The notes under the pieces were generated by a model. It had not been told where the DNA came from. It was given only the letters and a program-made list of their open reading frames with translations, and made no database searches. Both the position numbers and the translations under genes were made by a program. Below are positions 47,232 to 57,818 of a DNA stretch of 64,000 nt, one piece after another. The stretch is from Patescibacteria group bacterium (lineage in GTDB: Bacteria > Patescibacteriota > Patescibacteriia > UBA11705 > JABHMO01), in assembly GCA_018818405.1 (NCBI GenBank), contig JAHIRY010000017.1, positions 7,563 through 71,562 on the forward strand, in the 5' to 3' direction. Within the stretch, counting starts at the first letter, position 1. Every line of letters begins with the position of its first letter.

Positions 47232-48497
47232 CTAACCAATCAATTCCTGATTGTCCATGTACGGACGCAAAACCTCCGGAATCGTCACTGTTCCATCTTC
47301 ATTCTGATACATTTCCAAAATGGGAATGAGAATTCTCGGAGTCGCCACGACAGTATTGTTCAAAGTATGACAAAAATTTATTTTTCCTTCTTTCGTCTTA
47401 TAGCGAATGTTCAAACGCCTCGCCTGAAAATCATGCAAAGTTGAACAAGAATGCGTCTCGCCGTAACTTTCTCTACTCGGCATCCAAGTTTCTATATCAT
47501 TCATATAATACTTCCCCTGGCCCATGTCTCCGGTGCAAATATTCAAAACGCGATACGGCAATTTCAAATTCTGCAAAAATTCCTGTGAATTTGACAACAA
47601 TTCTTCATGCAATTCATAGCTCTCTCGGTGGTCATTTTTACAAATTATAAATTGCTCGACTTTCATGAATTGGTGAACGCGATAAAGTCCTTGCGTATCT
47701 TTGCCGTAACTGCCTGCTTCGCGCCGGAAACAAACGGAAAAAGCCGCATAACGCAGAGGCAAATCAGCTTCATTCAAAATTTCATCCGCGTGCATTGAAG
47801 CGATCGCCACTTCCGAAGTTCCTGCCAAATATTTATCATCTTTTTGCAAATAATAAGTTTCTTCTTCCGCTCCGGGAAAATGTCCTGTTCCGTACAATGT
47901 TTGGCGATTTACAATTACGGGAACTGACAGTAATTTATAATTTTTTCGGCTGATGAAATCCTCGGCATATTTTATCAGCGCCGCTTCCAACCTAGCTCCG
48001 TCTCCTTTTAAAATATATGAACGGCTTCCTCCGACTTTCGCGCCTCTTTCCATGTCAATAATATCCAACTCATTGCCGATTTGAATATGGCTCTTTGGAA
48101 CGAATTTGAATTTCGGCGGTTCGAAATTGCGAAAAATTTCCACATTTCCCGATTCATCTATTCCTCTCGGTGTTCGCTCGTCCACAATCATCGGAACGAG
48201 AAACATCAAGTCAGTAAATTCATTTTTTATTTCTTTCAACTCATCCTCGAATTTTTCTTGCGCTTCATCAACTTCTTTCATCTCGCGCAAAGCCGCTGAT
48301 CGCTCGCTCTCGCTCATCATCGGAATTTGCCGAGACGCGACATTTTTCTTTGTTCGCAATTCTTCTATTTTTTGCATCAGCATTCTGCGCTTGTCATCGA
48401 GCTTGATGAGCTTGTCAATATCAACTTTGCAATTTTTTTCGCTCGCGGCTTTTTTTACTGCGTCAATGTTTTCTCTGATAAATTTTATATCCAGCAT
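47232..48497 (-). CDS. serS: Serine-tRNA ligase
   Basis: MLDIK.IREN, GTSEV, CFRREAG, RVHQF.KVE, FQARR, HTLN.T. Confidence 0.98.
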   Translation of the reverse strand: MLDIKFIRENIDAVKKAASEKNCKVDIDKLIKLDDKRRMLMQKIEELRTKKNVASRQIPMMSESERSAALREMKEVDEAQEKFEDELKEIKNEFTDLMFLVPMIVDERTPRGIDESGNVEIFRNFEPPKFKFVPKSHIQIGNELDIIDMERGAKVGGSRSYILKGDGARLEAALIKYAEDFISRKNYKLLSVPVIVNRQTLYGTGHFPGAEEETYYLQKDDKYLAGTSEVAIASMHADEILNEADLPLRYAAFSVCFRREAGSYGKDTQGLYRVHQFMKVEQFIICKNDHRESYELHEELLSNSQEFLQNLKLPYRVLNICTGDMGQGKYYMNDIETWMPSRESYGETHSCSTLHDFQARRLNIRYKTKEGKINFCHTLNNTVVATPRILIPILEMYQNEDGTVTIPEVLRPYMDNQELIG

Positions 48498-48747
48498 ATT
48501 TGTATTATTTATATTTGTTTATGAAATTCCGAAAAAATAAAAGTTATTCCCCCAACGGGGAGAAAAAACATGACAAAACAAATTTTCCAAAAATAATATT
48601 CATTTTCAAATCATTTACCCTGCATATACATTAAACATCATTTTCAGTCTAATTTCAAATTGTAGTATTTTGTCCCGGACAACTCTTATTTTCGGTCATT
48701 TTCCAAGGCTTAATTTACAACAAATGCTAATTCAACAGCAACAAGTA

Positions 48748-48798
48748 TTGACAAATTATTGATTATATGCTATAATAATAAAGTTTGCATAAAGGAGG
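48748..48798 (+). promoter_or_regulatory. Consensus sigma70 promoter and Shine-Dalgarno
   Basis: TTGACA(48748)-N17-TATAAT(48771) with extended TG; AAAGGAGG at 48791. Confidence 0.85.
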
Positions 48799-48805
48799 AT
48801 TTTCC

Positions 48806-48901
48806 ATGCTCGAGATCATAGGAACCGCCGTCGTAGCGGTGGGATTCCTGGGATACTTCGTGGGAGCCATGCTCCCGCTGTTCCAGGATCTCGCCGACTA
48901 A
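48806..48901 (+). CDS. 31-aa hydrophobic membrane peptide, absent from the ORF track
   Basis: MLEIIGTAVVAVGFLGYFVGAMLPLFQDLAD; own promoter, SD and terminator; 56 of 96 bases are G+C. Confidence 0.8.
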   Translation: MLEIIGTAVVAVGFLGYFVGAMLPLFQDLAD

Positions 48902-48919
48902 ACCGCAAACGTTCGCCGC

Positions 48920-48993
48920 CGTCCGCGCAGCCTAGCTGTCGCGGGCGTTCTTTTTTTATTCAAAAATGCCGTACAAATTCGTCCGGCATTTTT
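48920..48993. terminator. Two back-to-back terminators (peptide gene and lysS)
   Basis: CGTCCGCGCAGC..GCTGTCGCGGGCG + T-tract; AAAAATGCCG...CGGCATTTTT. Confidence 0.75.
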
Positions 48994-49014
48994 GGGTATA
49001 AACTGAATTTTAAG

Positions 49015-50487
49015 TTATTCCTTTGGTTTCATCAACGGAAACAGCACAACATCGCGCAAATTTTCCTGTCCGGTTAAAATCGTTAAAGTGCGGTCAATTC
49101 CCATTCCCCAGCCGGAAATCGGCGGCATGCCGTATTTCATCGCTTCCACGAATTCATAATCAACTTCCATGGCTTCTTGATCGCCCGCTTTTTTCAATTT
49201 TGCCTGATCCTTGAAACGATTTTCCTGATCAATCGGATCCACCAGCTCGGAATACGCTTTTACCAATTCCCAGCCGTTTACCACCAGCTGAAATTGATCG
49301 ACAATGCGCGGATCTTCATCATTTCTTCTCGCCAACGGCTGAAGTTCGATCGGATAATTGTACAGAAATACCGGACCGGCAATTTTCGGACGGGAAACTT
49401 TTTTGTACAAATTGTCAATCAATGTCGCCAATCCCATTTTTTCCATGTCTTCAATTTTAATATTATTCTCTTTCAAATCAGCAATCAATTTTTTCGCGTC
49501 AGAATATTGCGAAACATCCAGACCGCAATCTTTTTTTATCAAATCAACAAAATTAATTCTCTGCCAAGGCGTGGTAAAATCCACTTCCCTCTTTTCTCCA
49601 TCCTTGCCCGTGACCGATATTTGTCTCGGCAATTTCAATGTATCAAACAAATGATCAAACATTTTTTCCGTAAAAGCCATGTTGTCCTCATAATTCCAAT
49701 AAGAACAATAATGTTCCAGATGCGTGTGCTCCGGCAAATGCGACGGATCAATTCCTTCGTTGCGAAAAGCTTTGCCGATTTCGAATATTTTTTCAAAACC
49801 GCCGACAATCAATTCTTTCAACGGCAATTCGTGGGAAATGCGAAGATAAACATCAATGTCATGCGCGTTGTTGTGCGTAATATACGGCCGAGCGTGAGCG
49901 CCGGTCGCTTTGTGCAAGAGAGTCGGTGTTTCCACTTCCTCAAAACCTTGCTGCCAATAAAATTCTCTGATAGCGCGAATAAAATTTCCGCGCAACTGAA
50001 ATCGTTCCATTGTTTCCCTATTGGAAATGAGATCAAGATAACGCTGGCGATACATTATTTCCGTGTCTTTCAATCCATGCCATTTTTCCGGCATCGGCTT
50101 CAAAGCTTTTCCCAGAAATGTCCATTGATTGACCAGAATGGTTTTCTCTCCTTTGTGCGTGACGAAAATTTCTCCTTCAATTCCCAAGAAATCGCCGAGA
50201 TCTATTATCTTTTGCAATAATTTATAATTCTCCCCGCCCAATACATCCGATTTAAAAGCCACTTGCATTCTGCCGGTATTGTCCTGCAAATGCCCAAACG
50301 CCAATTTTCCCATGTCGCGAAACATCATCAGCCGTCCGGCGGTCTTTGTTTTCTCTCCTTCAGGCAATTCAAAAGCTTCGGCCAATGTCATTTTCTTGTC
50401 AAACTTTTCAGGATAAATTTCAATTCCGGCTTCTTCGGCCATTTTTAATTTTTGCAGACGAATTTGTTCTTCTTTTTGCTCAGGCAT
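49015..50487 (-). CDS. lysS: Lysine-tRNA ligase (class II)
   Basis: YRQRYLDL, EVETP.L, FRNEG.D..H.PE, AYSEL.DP.DQ, YGMPP..G.G.GIDR. ATG 50487. Confidence 0.98.
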   Translation of the reverse strand: MPEQKEEQIRLQKLKMAEEAGIEIYPEKFDKKMTLAEAFELPEGEKTKTAGRLMMFRDMGKLAFGHLQDNTGRMQVAFKSDVLGGENYKLLQKIIDLGDFLGIEGEIFVTHKGEKTILVNQWTFLGKALKPMPEKWHGLKDTEIMYRQRYLDLISNRETMERFQLRGNFIRAIREFYWQQGFEEVETPTLLHKATGAHARPYITHNNAHDIDVYLRISHELPLKELIVGGFEKIFEIGKAFRNEGIDPSHLPEHTHLEHYCSYWNYEDNMAFTEKMFDHLFDTLKLPRQISVTGKDGEKREVDFTTPWQRINFVDLIKKDCGLDVSQYSDAKKLIADLKENNIKIEDMEKMGLATLIDNLYKKVSRPKIAGPVFLYNYPIELQPLARRNDEDPRIVDQFQLVVNGWELVKAYSELVDPIDQENRFKDQAKLKKAGDQEAMEVDYEFVEAMKYGMPPISGWGMGIDRTLTILTGQENLRDVVLFPLMKPKE

Positions 50488-50607
50488 ACTATTTTTCAAA
50501 AAATTAAAGGTAATGCGATATCTAACTTCAATATTACCTAAAATGCGCAAAAAATGCAAAAAATAAAAACACGAGAAAATTCAAGTGTTTTTATTTTGTA
50601 ATTTGAT

Positions 50608-51072
50608 TTATTTTATTTCCAACACTTTGTAAACAATGGCTCCGCGCGGAGCGTCCACTTCCACCGTGTCGCCCGGCTTTTTGTTCATAAATGCTTGCCC
50701 CATTGGAGATTCATTGGAAATCCTGCCGGCACCCGGATCAGCCTCGCTAAAACCGACAAGCGAAAATTCTCTTGCATTTCCAGTCACATCCTCCACAACA
50801 AAAGTGGTACCGATTCTGATTTCTTCTTTTGAAGTGCTGGAATCAACCACCAAACCTTTTTTCAAAACATCTTCAATCTCCGCTATTCGACCGGCAACCA
50901 ATCCTTGTTGTTCTTTGGCGGAATGATATTCAGCGTTTTCAGACAGATCGCCCAATTCTTTTGCTTGTTCAATCTTTTCAATAATATCCGGCATGCGCAC
51001 CTCCTTTAATTCTTTTACCTCTTTTTCCAATTTTTCTTTTCCTTCAATGGTAAGGAGAATTTGATTTGTCAT
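50608..51072 (-). CDS. greA: Transcription elongation factor GreA
   Basis: GDLSENAEY, ISNESP.G.A. Confidence 0.97.
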   Translation of the reverse strand: MTNQILLTIEGKEKLEKEVKELKEVRMPDIIEKIEQAKELGDLSENAEYHSAKEQQGLVAGRIAEIEDVLKKGLVVDSSTSKEEIRIGTTFVVEDVTGNAREFSLVGFSEADPGAGRISNESPMGQAFMNKKPGDTVEVDAPRGAIVYKVLEIK

Positions 51073-51195
51073 AATATAAATTTAACATTATATATCCAGG
51101 ACTTGTCATCCTAGTAAAATATTATTTAATTTTCAGCTCTTCCTAAATAAGTATAGAACATTTCCCTCGAAACAGCAATAACCATTGAAAATATC

Positions 51196-53190
51196 TCAAT
51201 TAAGTTCCTCTTTTCTATATTGCCGGAAATACCAATCCAAAAATTCATATGCAATCGGAGCGGAAACAGCGCTTCCTTCTCCGGCTTCTTCCACCAGAAT
51301 GGTTATGACAAGTTCCGCGTTTTCATACGGAGCGAACGCGGTAAACCAAGCGTGCGGAGTTTTTCCTTCTTGCCATTGCGCTGTTCCGGTTTTCGCCGCT
51401 GATGTCACTGGAAGAGAATTCAATATTACAGCGCTCCCGCGAGTGACAGCCTGTCGCATTCCTTGCCTGATCACTTCAATAATATAATCGTCTACGATTT
51501 CCGACTGTAAAACCTCCGGATTAACTTTTACCGGCCGTTGCAATTCCTGATTGAAAATACTCTCCACGATTTGCGGTTTAAATAATGTTCCTTTGTTGGC
51601 AAATACGGATGTGAAATTCGCCACTTGCAAAGGAACAACCAACAAATCACCTTGACCGATAGCCGCATGATAAGTGTCGCCGATATACCATTGTTCATCC
51701 TTATATTCTTTTTTCCATTCGGGCGTCGGCAGAAATCCGCTTTGTTCATTCGGCAAATTTATCCCGGTCGGTTTGTTCAATCCGAACTTTTCCGAGTATT
51801 CTTTTATTTTCAACATGCCCAATCCCTTTGTCTCGCCATAACCGCCGCCGACAATGTAGAAAAAAGTGTTTACCGATTCAGCCAGCGCTTTTCTGATATC
51901 AGTGTAGCCGTGTCCGCCCGCTTTCCAATCAGGATAAAACCATTCGCCGATTCTGATTCCTCCGATACTCAAAAACGAAGTTCGTTCAGTAATGATTTTC
52001 TCCGCCAAGGCGGCAGCGCCGATCACCGGTTTTATTGTCGAACCTGACGGATATTCTCCGCTGATCACGCGATTGAACAACGGATTGGCATCATCTTGCA
52101 ACAATTTTTTATAATCTTCATCGGAAATTCCTTTGGCAAAAAGATTATTATCATATCCGGGCAAACTGATGAGCGACAACACTTGTCCGTTTTGCGGATT
52201 CATCACGATTGCCGATGCTTTGCGCAAATTCATTTTTGCCAAACGATTCTGCAATATTGACTCCAGTTTTGCCTGCATTTCCAGATCAATGCTCAGATTG
52301 ACGCTATCGCCTTTTCTCACTTCTTCCTGCGCCAAAATTTTCACCGCTTTTCCGGTGGAATCAACTTCAATTTGCTCTTTTCCGTATTTTCCCCGCATCT
52401 GGCTTTCGTACATTTCCTCAATGCCGGTTTTGCCGAGATCATCATTGAACAAATAGCCGTTCTTTGACAAATTCTTGTATTCCGCCGGACTGATTCGTCC
52501 TTCATAGCCGAGAATATGCCCCAGCGCGGTTGCCGGCTGATTTTTCCAAGTTGTCGCATATTCTCTTTTCGCAATAACCTCGACGGAAATTCCGGGATAA
52601 TTCACGCTCTCGATTCTCATGGCAGCGGCTTTTTCAAAACTCAAATCAGTCACCACCAGAACCGGTTCAAAATATTCTTTTTCACTGGGTTTTATTTTTT
52701 CGATTTTTTCACTTATTCCCGCGAATTCTTCCGGCGCCAAATTCGACTCAAACCATTGCATTGATTTTTCCTTTTCCTCGGCATTGGAATTGAAATCAAA
52801 CGGAACCACAAACAAAGCAAAACTCGGAACATTTTTCACCAGAGGGATTCCATTTCTGTCATAAATGATTCCGCGCGGGGACGGCAAATTTAAAACCCTT
52901 ATTCTGTTTTTTTCCGCGACCGCCAGATAATAATCGCCTTTTACCACCTGCAAATAAAATCCACGGAAAAACAATATTAAAATCGCGAACAATATGACAA
53001 GAAAAAAAGAAATCAAACGACGTTTGCTGATTCCCAATCCCAAATAATTTTTATTCGTGCTGTTCAACTCTTCCTCCGAATAATTCAAATAAGTGTCTTC
53101 CAGCCATTCCAGCCGCAACCGCTCCTTCAAATCTCGGTCATCCAGAGACAATCGGCTGCCCCAAAAAATATTCTCGCTTTCATCCGCCAT
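51196..53190 (-). CDS. mrdA: Penicillin-binding protein 2
   Basis: PRG.IYDRNG, STIK (SxxK), SVN (SxN), KTGTA; downstream of mreBCD. Confidence 0.95.
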   Translation of the reverse strand: MADESENIFWGSRLSLDDRDLKERLRLEWLEDTYLNYSEEELNSTNKNYLGLGISKRRLISFFLVILFAILILFFRGFYLQVVKGDYYLAVAEKNRIRVLNLPSPRGIIYDRNGIPLVKNVPSFALFVVPFDFNSNAEEKEKSMQWFESNLAPEEFAGISEKIEKIKPSEKEYFEPVLVVTDLSFEKAAAMRIESVNYPGISVEVIAKREYATTWKNQPATALGHILGYEGRISPAEYKNLSKNGYLFNDDLGKTGIEEMYESQMRGKYGKEQIEVDSTGKAVKILAQEEVRKGDSVNLSIDLEMQAKLESILQNRLAKMNLRKASAIVMNPQNGQVLSLISLPGYDNNLFAKGISDEDYKKLLQDDANPLFNRVISGEYPSGSTIKPVIGAAALAEKIITERTSFLSIGGIRIGEWFYPDWKAGGHGYTDIRKALAESVNTFFYIVGGGYGETKGLGMLKIKEYSEKFGLNKPTGINLPNEQSGFLPTPEWKKEYKDEQWYIGDTYHAAIGQGDLLVVPLQVANFTSVFANKGTLFKPQIVESIFNQELQRPVKVNPEVLQSEIVDDYIIEVIRQGMRQAVTRGSAVILNSLPVTSAAKTGTAQWQEGKTPHAWFTAFAPYENAELVITILVEEAGEGSAVSAPIAYEFLDWYFRQYRKEELN

Positions 53191-53243
53191 GTTTTTTTTT
53201 CGAAAAAATTTTTCTTTTATTCCGGGAAACATAGAGGAATTAA

Positions 53244-53786
53244 TTATGTTTTTATCGTGTCAACGAAAACAGCATTGAACCTTCGGCTGGAAAAATTAAA
53301 AACCAAAAATAAAACTGAAATTGCCGTGAGATTGATCGCAATTTGCCACAACAAATCATTGGAAGAAAAAATCGCCGTCTGCTTTATCAAAGCCAAATCC
53401 CGAGTTGCGTTAAAAATTCTGACTGACGAATAAACAAAGCATAGCAAATGATAAACAATCGTTGAAATCAGCGCCAAACCGAGCAAAGTATAAAATGATT
53501 TATTGGTAAGCAAATGTTCGAAAACTTTGTACGCCACATACAGCGTCGCCATGAGAGCAACCACAATCGCGGCAAAAGGCAATGGCGAATACAAATCCAA
53601 AACAAATCCCCAGACCATTCCGTAAATTCCCGCCAAATAAAACCGATAAACCGTGGCAATGAAAATCAATGACACCAATATCACATTGAACTTTGCCAAT
53701 GCTCCCGGTAAATTCGGGATCAGCGCTACCTGAATAGCCAGCAATCCGAAAATTATGAAAAAATGCTTAATCGCTTTAATCAACAT
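53244..53786 (-). CDS. mreD: Rod shape-determining protein MreD
   Basis: Multi-TM protein with G..LD motif, located between mreC and mrdA. Confidence 0.78.
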   Translation of the reverse strand: MLIKAIKHFFIIFGLLAIQVALIPNLPGALAKFNVILVSLIFIATVYRFYLAGIYGMVWGFVLDLYSPLPFAAIVVALMATLYVAYKVFEHLLTNKSFYTLLGLALISTIVYHLLCFVYSSVRIFNATRDLALIKQTAIFSSNDLLWQIAINLTAISVLFLVFNFSSRRFNAVFVDTIKT

Positions 53787-54591
53787 TTTTTTTCTTTACA
53801 ATGTTTACAAAAGTTATCTTGTCAAATTCAATAAATGATTTTATTGACGCTTCCTGAAAAAGCTCTTCCGGTTCATTCGTTATTCTTTCGACTTGTCCTA
53901 TAATCAATTCAGCTGGCGTATATTTTTCCAGTCCTGATGTCACCACAATGTCTCCTTCGATTATTTTCTCCGTTTTCGGGATCAGCTTCATTTTTATTCC
54001 CAAACCATATTCCCCTTCTACAATTCCACCGGTAGCTGTTTGGTTCTGAATTTTCGCCGCCACTTTTGACAGATCATCATTGATCAGCAGAACAATAGAA
54101 CTGTTGGCGCGCACTTTTACGATTTTCCCGATCAGAACTCCCTTGTCGGTTATTACCGGCTGAGTCAATTTCACTCCGTGTTTTTCTCCCTTGTCCACGA
54201 TGATCGCGTTTTGCGTATTGTCAATGTTTTTTCCGATAACATTCGCCAGCTGATAATCGCAATCATTTTCTTCGAGGAAATTCAATTGCTTGCGCAAAAA
54301 TTCATTTTCTTCCTTTTCCGTACTGCAGACGCTTTTTTCTCGGCTCAGATCGATTATATTGTCGCGCAATTCCTGATTTTCCTTGAGCAGCTTTTGCCGG
54401 GAATCATAATTCAAATACACTGATCCCAGCTCATTTGAAATGCGATATATGCTTATAAATATCGATTTTGACGCTCCGGTGACAATATTTTCCAGCGGAC
54501 TCAGCACTTTGATTACATGCAAAAAAATCAAAAGACAAATAACAATTAAGGCAATCAAAATCAATTTTGATGACTTGTTGGACAATAACAT
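53776..54591 (-). CDS. mreC: Rod shape-determining protein MreC
   Basis: TM + EN..LR coiled coil, VDKG...GV, GDIVVTSG. Confidence 0.95.
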   Translation of the reverse strand: MLLSNKSSKLILIALIVICLLIFLHVIKVLSPLENIVTGASKSIFISIYRISNELGSVYLNYDSRQKLLKENQELRDNIIDLSREKSVCSTEKEENEFLRKQLNFLEENDCDYQLANVIGKNIDNTQNAIIVDKGEKHGVKLTQPVITDKGVLIGKIVKVRANSSIVLLINDDLSKVAAKIQNQTATGGIVEGEYGLGIKMKLIPKTEKIIEGDIVVTSGLEKYTPAELIIGQVERITNEPEELFQEASIKSFIEFDKITFVNIVKKKNVD

Positions 54592-54636
54592 AAATTTATT
54601 TTACTCTGCGAGCAATTTTAAATCGCCGATTTCTAA

Positions 54637-55692
54637 TTATCGCACGACTTTTTCTTCATTGGCGGACGGCAATAAAATTTCTTTCAACAATTTCGTGTCA
54701 TCGAGAAGAAAATTAATTCCTCGAATGGTGCAAGTGGTCGGATCATCGGCGATTCTCACCGGAATTTCCGTATTTTTTGAAATTATTTTTCCTATTCCTT
54801 TCAGCATTGCGCCTCCGCCGCACAGAACAATTCCTTTTTCATATATATCAGCCACCAATTCGGGCGGAGTTATTTCCAAAACGCTTTTTATAGCGTCAAT
54901 GATTGAGTTTATTGAAGAACCAAGCGCTTCCCGCACCTCCTCGTCCTTGATCATGATGGCGCGCGGCAAACCCGTAATCAAATCGCGTCCGCGCATTTCC
55001 ACGGTTATCGCTTCTTCAACTTCCCCGTCGGTTCCGACTTTTATTTTTATTTCTTCGGCGATTCTTTCTCCGATCATCAGATTGAATCTATCTCGCGCGA
55101 ATTGCATTATATTTTTATTCAAATCTTCTCCGGCGATCTTCAATGTTTTGAATGTGACGATTCCTTTCAATGAAATAATCGCAATTTCGGTTTTTCCTCC
55201 GCCAAGATTGACAATCATACTGCCTGACGCGTCCTCCACGGGCAGACGCGCGCCAATGGCGGCTGCCATGATTTCTTCCACCAAATAAACCTTGCCCGCG
55301 CCAGCGCCCAGAGCCGCGTCTTCCACCGCTTTTTTCTCCACTTCAGTCACATCCAATGGAATGCCGATAATCACGCTCGGTCGAGCGGTAAAATTGAAAT
55401 TTTCCTGAAATATTTTGTCAAAAAAATACTTTAACATTTTTTCCGTCACTTCAAAATCGGAAATCACGCCTTTTAACAATGGAAAAGCGATTGTAATATA
55501 GCGCGGATTTTTCCCCACCATTTTCTTCGCGTCTTCGCCCACGGCGATTATCTGATCCATTCGATTGTTGATCGCCACAATTGAAGGCTCGCGAATTATT
55601 ATTCCCTTGTCCTGCAAACACATCACCGTATTTGACGTGCCCAGATCAATGCCGATCTTCTTTGAAAATCTATTTAAAAATTGTCGCAACAT
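54637..55692 (-). CDS. mreB: Rod shape-determining protein MreB
   Basis: IGIDLGTSNT, EPS.VA, GVI.DF, MAAAIGA, PPEL.ADI, GI.L.GGGA. Confidence 0.96.
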   Translation of the reverse strand: MLRQFLNRFSKKIGIDLGTSNTVMCLQDKGIIIREPSIVAINNRMDQIIAVGEDAKKMVGKNPRYITIAFPLLKGVISDFEVTEKMLKYFFDKIFQENFNFTARPSVIIGIPLDVTEVEKKAVEDAALGAGAGKVYLVEEIMAAAIGARLPVEDASGSMIVNLGGGKTEIAIISLKGIVTFKTLKIAGEDLNKNIMQFARDRFNLMIGERIAEEIKIKVGTDGEVEEAITVEMRGRDLITGLPRAIMIKDEEVREALGSSINSIIDAIKSVLEITPPELVADIYEKGIVLCGGGAMLKGIGKIISKNTEIPVRIADDPTTCTIRGINFLLDDTKLLKEILLPSANEEKVVR

Positions 55693-55776
55693 AATATTAG
55701 AAAATATAAACCGATTTCAAATAAACAAAAACTACAAATTCAAATTAAGCAACCGCTTTGTAGTTTTGTTTTTATT

Positions 55777-57021
55777 TTATTCTTTGATTGTTTCCAACAA
55801 CTTGTCCAATTCCACCAGCTCTGCATTTTCTTCAGCTCTCATTTTTATTTCAGCGCTATTTTTTTCCAATGTTCTATTGCTGATCACGATTCTCATCGGA
55901 ATGCCCAGCAAATCGCTGTCTCCCAGTTTTATTCCGGCTGATTCCTCTCTGTCGTCATATAAAACTTCCATTCCGGCGGAAACCAATTTGTCGTAAAGCT
56001 GATCAGCGGATGAAAATACTTTTTCATCGTTTCCCAGCGCAACCAGATGAACCGCGAACGGCGCGACTTCTTTCGGCCAGATAATTCCCTTGTCATCATG
56101 ACTTACTTCAACGATCGTTCCCATGATTCTCGAGGGTCCAAGTCCGTAACAGCCCATTATCATGGGTTTTCGTTCGCCGTTCTTGTCAGTGAAACAAGCA
56201 TTCATGGCGCCGGAATATTTTGTTTCCAAAGGAAAAATATTTCCCACTTCAATTCCTTTTGATTCAAAAACTTCTCCTCCGCATTTCGGACATTTATCAC
56301 CGACATTCTCTTCGCAAATTTCAATGTTTTGCGCGAAATCGCACTCACGGCAATAATGGATCGTATCTTCTCCGGTTTCGCAGAAAACTTGGAATTCATG
56401 TGAAAACTTTTCAGTGAAAATACCGCCCGAAGCTTCGACAATTTTCGCATCGAGCCCGCAACGTTTGAAAAGTTGCAAATAAGAAAGTTTAACTTCATCG
56501 TAATATTTTTCAAAATCAGATTCAGTCGTATGAAAACTGTACATGTCTTTCATCCAAAACTCGCGGCCTCGGAGCAATCCTGATTTTGCGCGCGGTTCAT
56601 TGCGAAATTTGTCCTGAATTTGATAAAGCGAAACCGGCAATTCTTTGTAAGAAAAAATTCTTTTGCGCACCAAGTCGGTAATCACTTCTTCGTGCGTACA
56701 GCCGAGTCCGATATCCGAATCGCCTCTTCCCTTGAATTGAAACATCACATCTTTCATTCCTTCCCAGCGTCCGGTCTCATCCCAAAGTTCTTTCGGCTGA
56801 AGAGTCGGCATCAAAACCTCCATTGCGCCGGTGGCGTTCATTTCTTCTCTCACAATATTTTTTATTTTATCCAAAACGCGCAAACCGAGCGGAAGATAAC
56901 TGTAAACGCCGGACATTAATTTTTCAACAAATCCGCCGCGATTCAACAGTCTGGCATTGAGACTTATTTCATCTTTTGCCGCTTCTTTTATTGTTTTTCC
57001 GAACAACTTTGATTGTCGCAT
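55777..57021 (-). CDS. proS: Proline-tRNA ligase (short form)
   Basis: MRQS.LF, THEE, KFRNEPR...GLLR.REF.MKD.YSF, MGCYG.G..R. Confidence 0.97.
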   Translation of the reverse strand: MRQSKLFGKTIKEAAKDEISLNARLLNRGGFVEKLMSGVYSYLPLGLRVLDKIKNIVREEMNATGAMEVLMPTLQPKELWDETGRWEGMKDVMFQFKGRGDSDIGLGCTHEEVITDLVRKRIFSYKELPVSLYQIQDKFRNEPRAKSGLLRGREFWMKDMYSFHTTESDFEKYYDEVKLSYLQLFKRCGLDAKIVEASGGIFTEKFSHEFQVFCETGEDTIHYCRECDFAQNIEICEENVGDKCPKCGGEVFESKGIEVGNIFPLETKYSGAMNACFTDKNGERKPMIMGCYGLGPSRIMGTIVEVSHDDKGIIWPKEVAPFAVHLVALGNDEKVFSSADQLYDKLVSAGMEVLYDDREESAGIKLGDSDLLGIPMRIVISNRTLEKNSAEIKMRAEENAELVELDKLLETIKE

Positions 57022-57048
57022 AAATTTTATCTTAAATTTCAAACTGAA

Positions 57049-57432
57049 CTATTTATTTAATTTTCGATAGGAAATAAAAAACAATTCCACGAACGCCGCA
57101 ATGACAATCAGAATCACCAAATTCCACCAGGTCAGCAAACGTTGACTTTGCAAAAAAAATGCAACCAGAATCAAAACAGCGAAAAGAATGGATTGGCGCG
57201 AAGCTATCTTCATGTGCTTGTGCGCCATTTCCTCCTTTGAAAATCGCCAACGCATCAATAATCCGAAAACGGAAAATGTGCCGACCAGCGCAAATCCGAG
57301 GCTGAGATAAAAAAACAGAAAAGCCAAAATTCCGGCTTGAGCCGGGTTTATCATAATAAGAACCGCCAGCCAAGCCAGCCAGCAGACCAATGTACAGCCC
57401 GCTAAAATTAATAAAAATCGATTAACGCTCAT
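57049..57432 (-). CDS. Four-TM membrane protein
   Basis: Four hydrophobic helices; closely spaced upstream of proS. Confidence 0.75.
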   Translation of the reverse strand: MSVNRFLLILAGCTLVCWLAWLAVLIMINPAQAGILAFLFFYLSLGFALVGTFSVFGLLMRWRFSKEEMAHKHMKIASRQSILFAVLILVAFFLQSQRLLTWWNLVILIVIAAFVELFFISYRKLNK

Positions 57433-57484
57433 GTTTTATCTGTAAACAACGCGCGCAAACGGCTGTCGCGCTAATACCAGTTTA

Positions 57485-57805
57485 TCACCAATCAAGTTGC
57501 TTTTCAACTCCCTTTTGCACGATTTTCAACTTCTCAATGGTATTGCTCCCGAATTTCTCATTTACCAGCCTGATCAGGCTTCTTTCCTTGAAATTCAGCT
57601 CCTGGGCGATAATGGAATTGGCGCAATACAATGTTAAAACGCCATTTTTCAAAGATTGCGCTTTTGCCTGTGTGCTGACCTTATTTCCCCAAATTTCCTT
57701 CAATTTCTCATTGGCGAATTCCACCACCAAACTGGCCTGCACGCGAGCCATTATAGAACCTTTCTTATTAAATTTACCGCTTAACAATTTTCCCAAAGAA
57801 TCCAT
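57485..57805 (-). CDS. DUF721/DciA-family protein
   Basis: G.L.L...NS..AQEL......LI..VN...G...I.....; 106 aa. Confidence 0.75.
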   Translation of the reverse strand: MDSLGKLLSGKFNKKGSIMARVQASLVVEFANEKLKEIWGNKVSTQAKAQSLKNGVLTLYCANSIIAQELNFKERSLIRLVNEKFGSNTIEKLKIVQKGVEKQLDW

Positions 57806-57818
57806 ATAGTCATTAACT

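Noticed and set aside
49177-50220. 347-aa plus-strand ORF
   Set aside because: Antisense shadow of lysS with no recognisable motifs.
54440-55288. 282-aa plus-strand ORF
   Set aside because: Antisense shadow of mreB.
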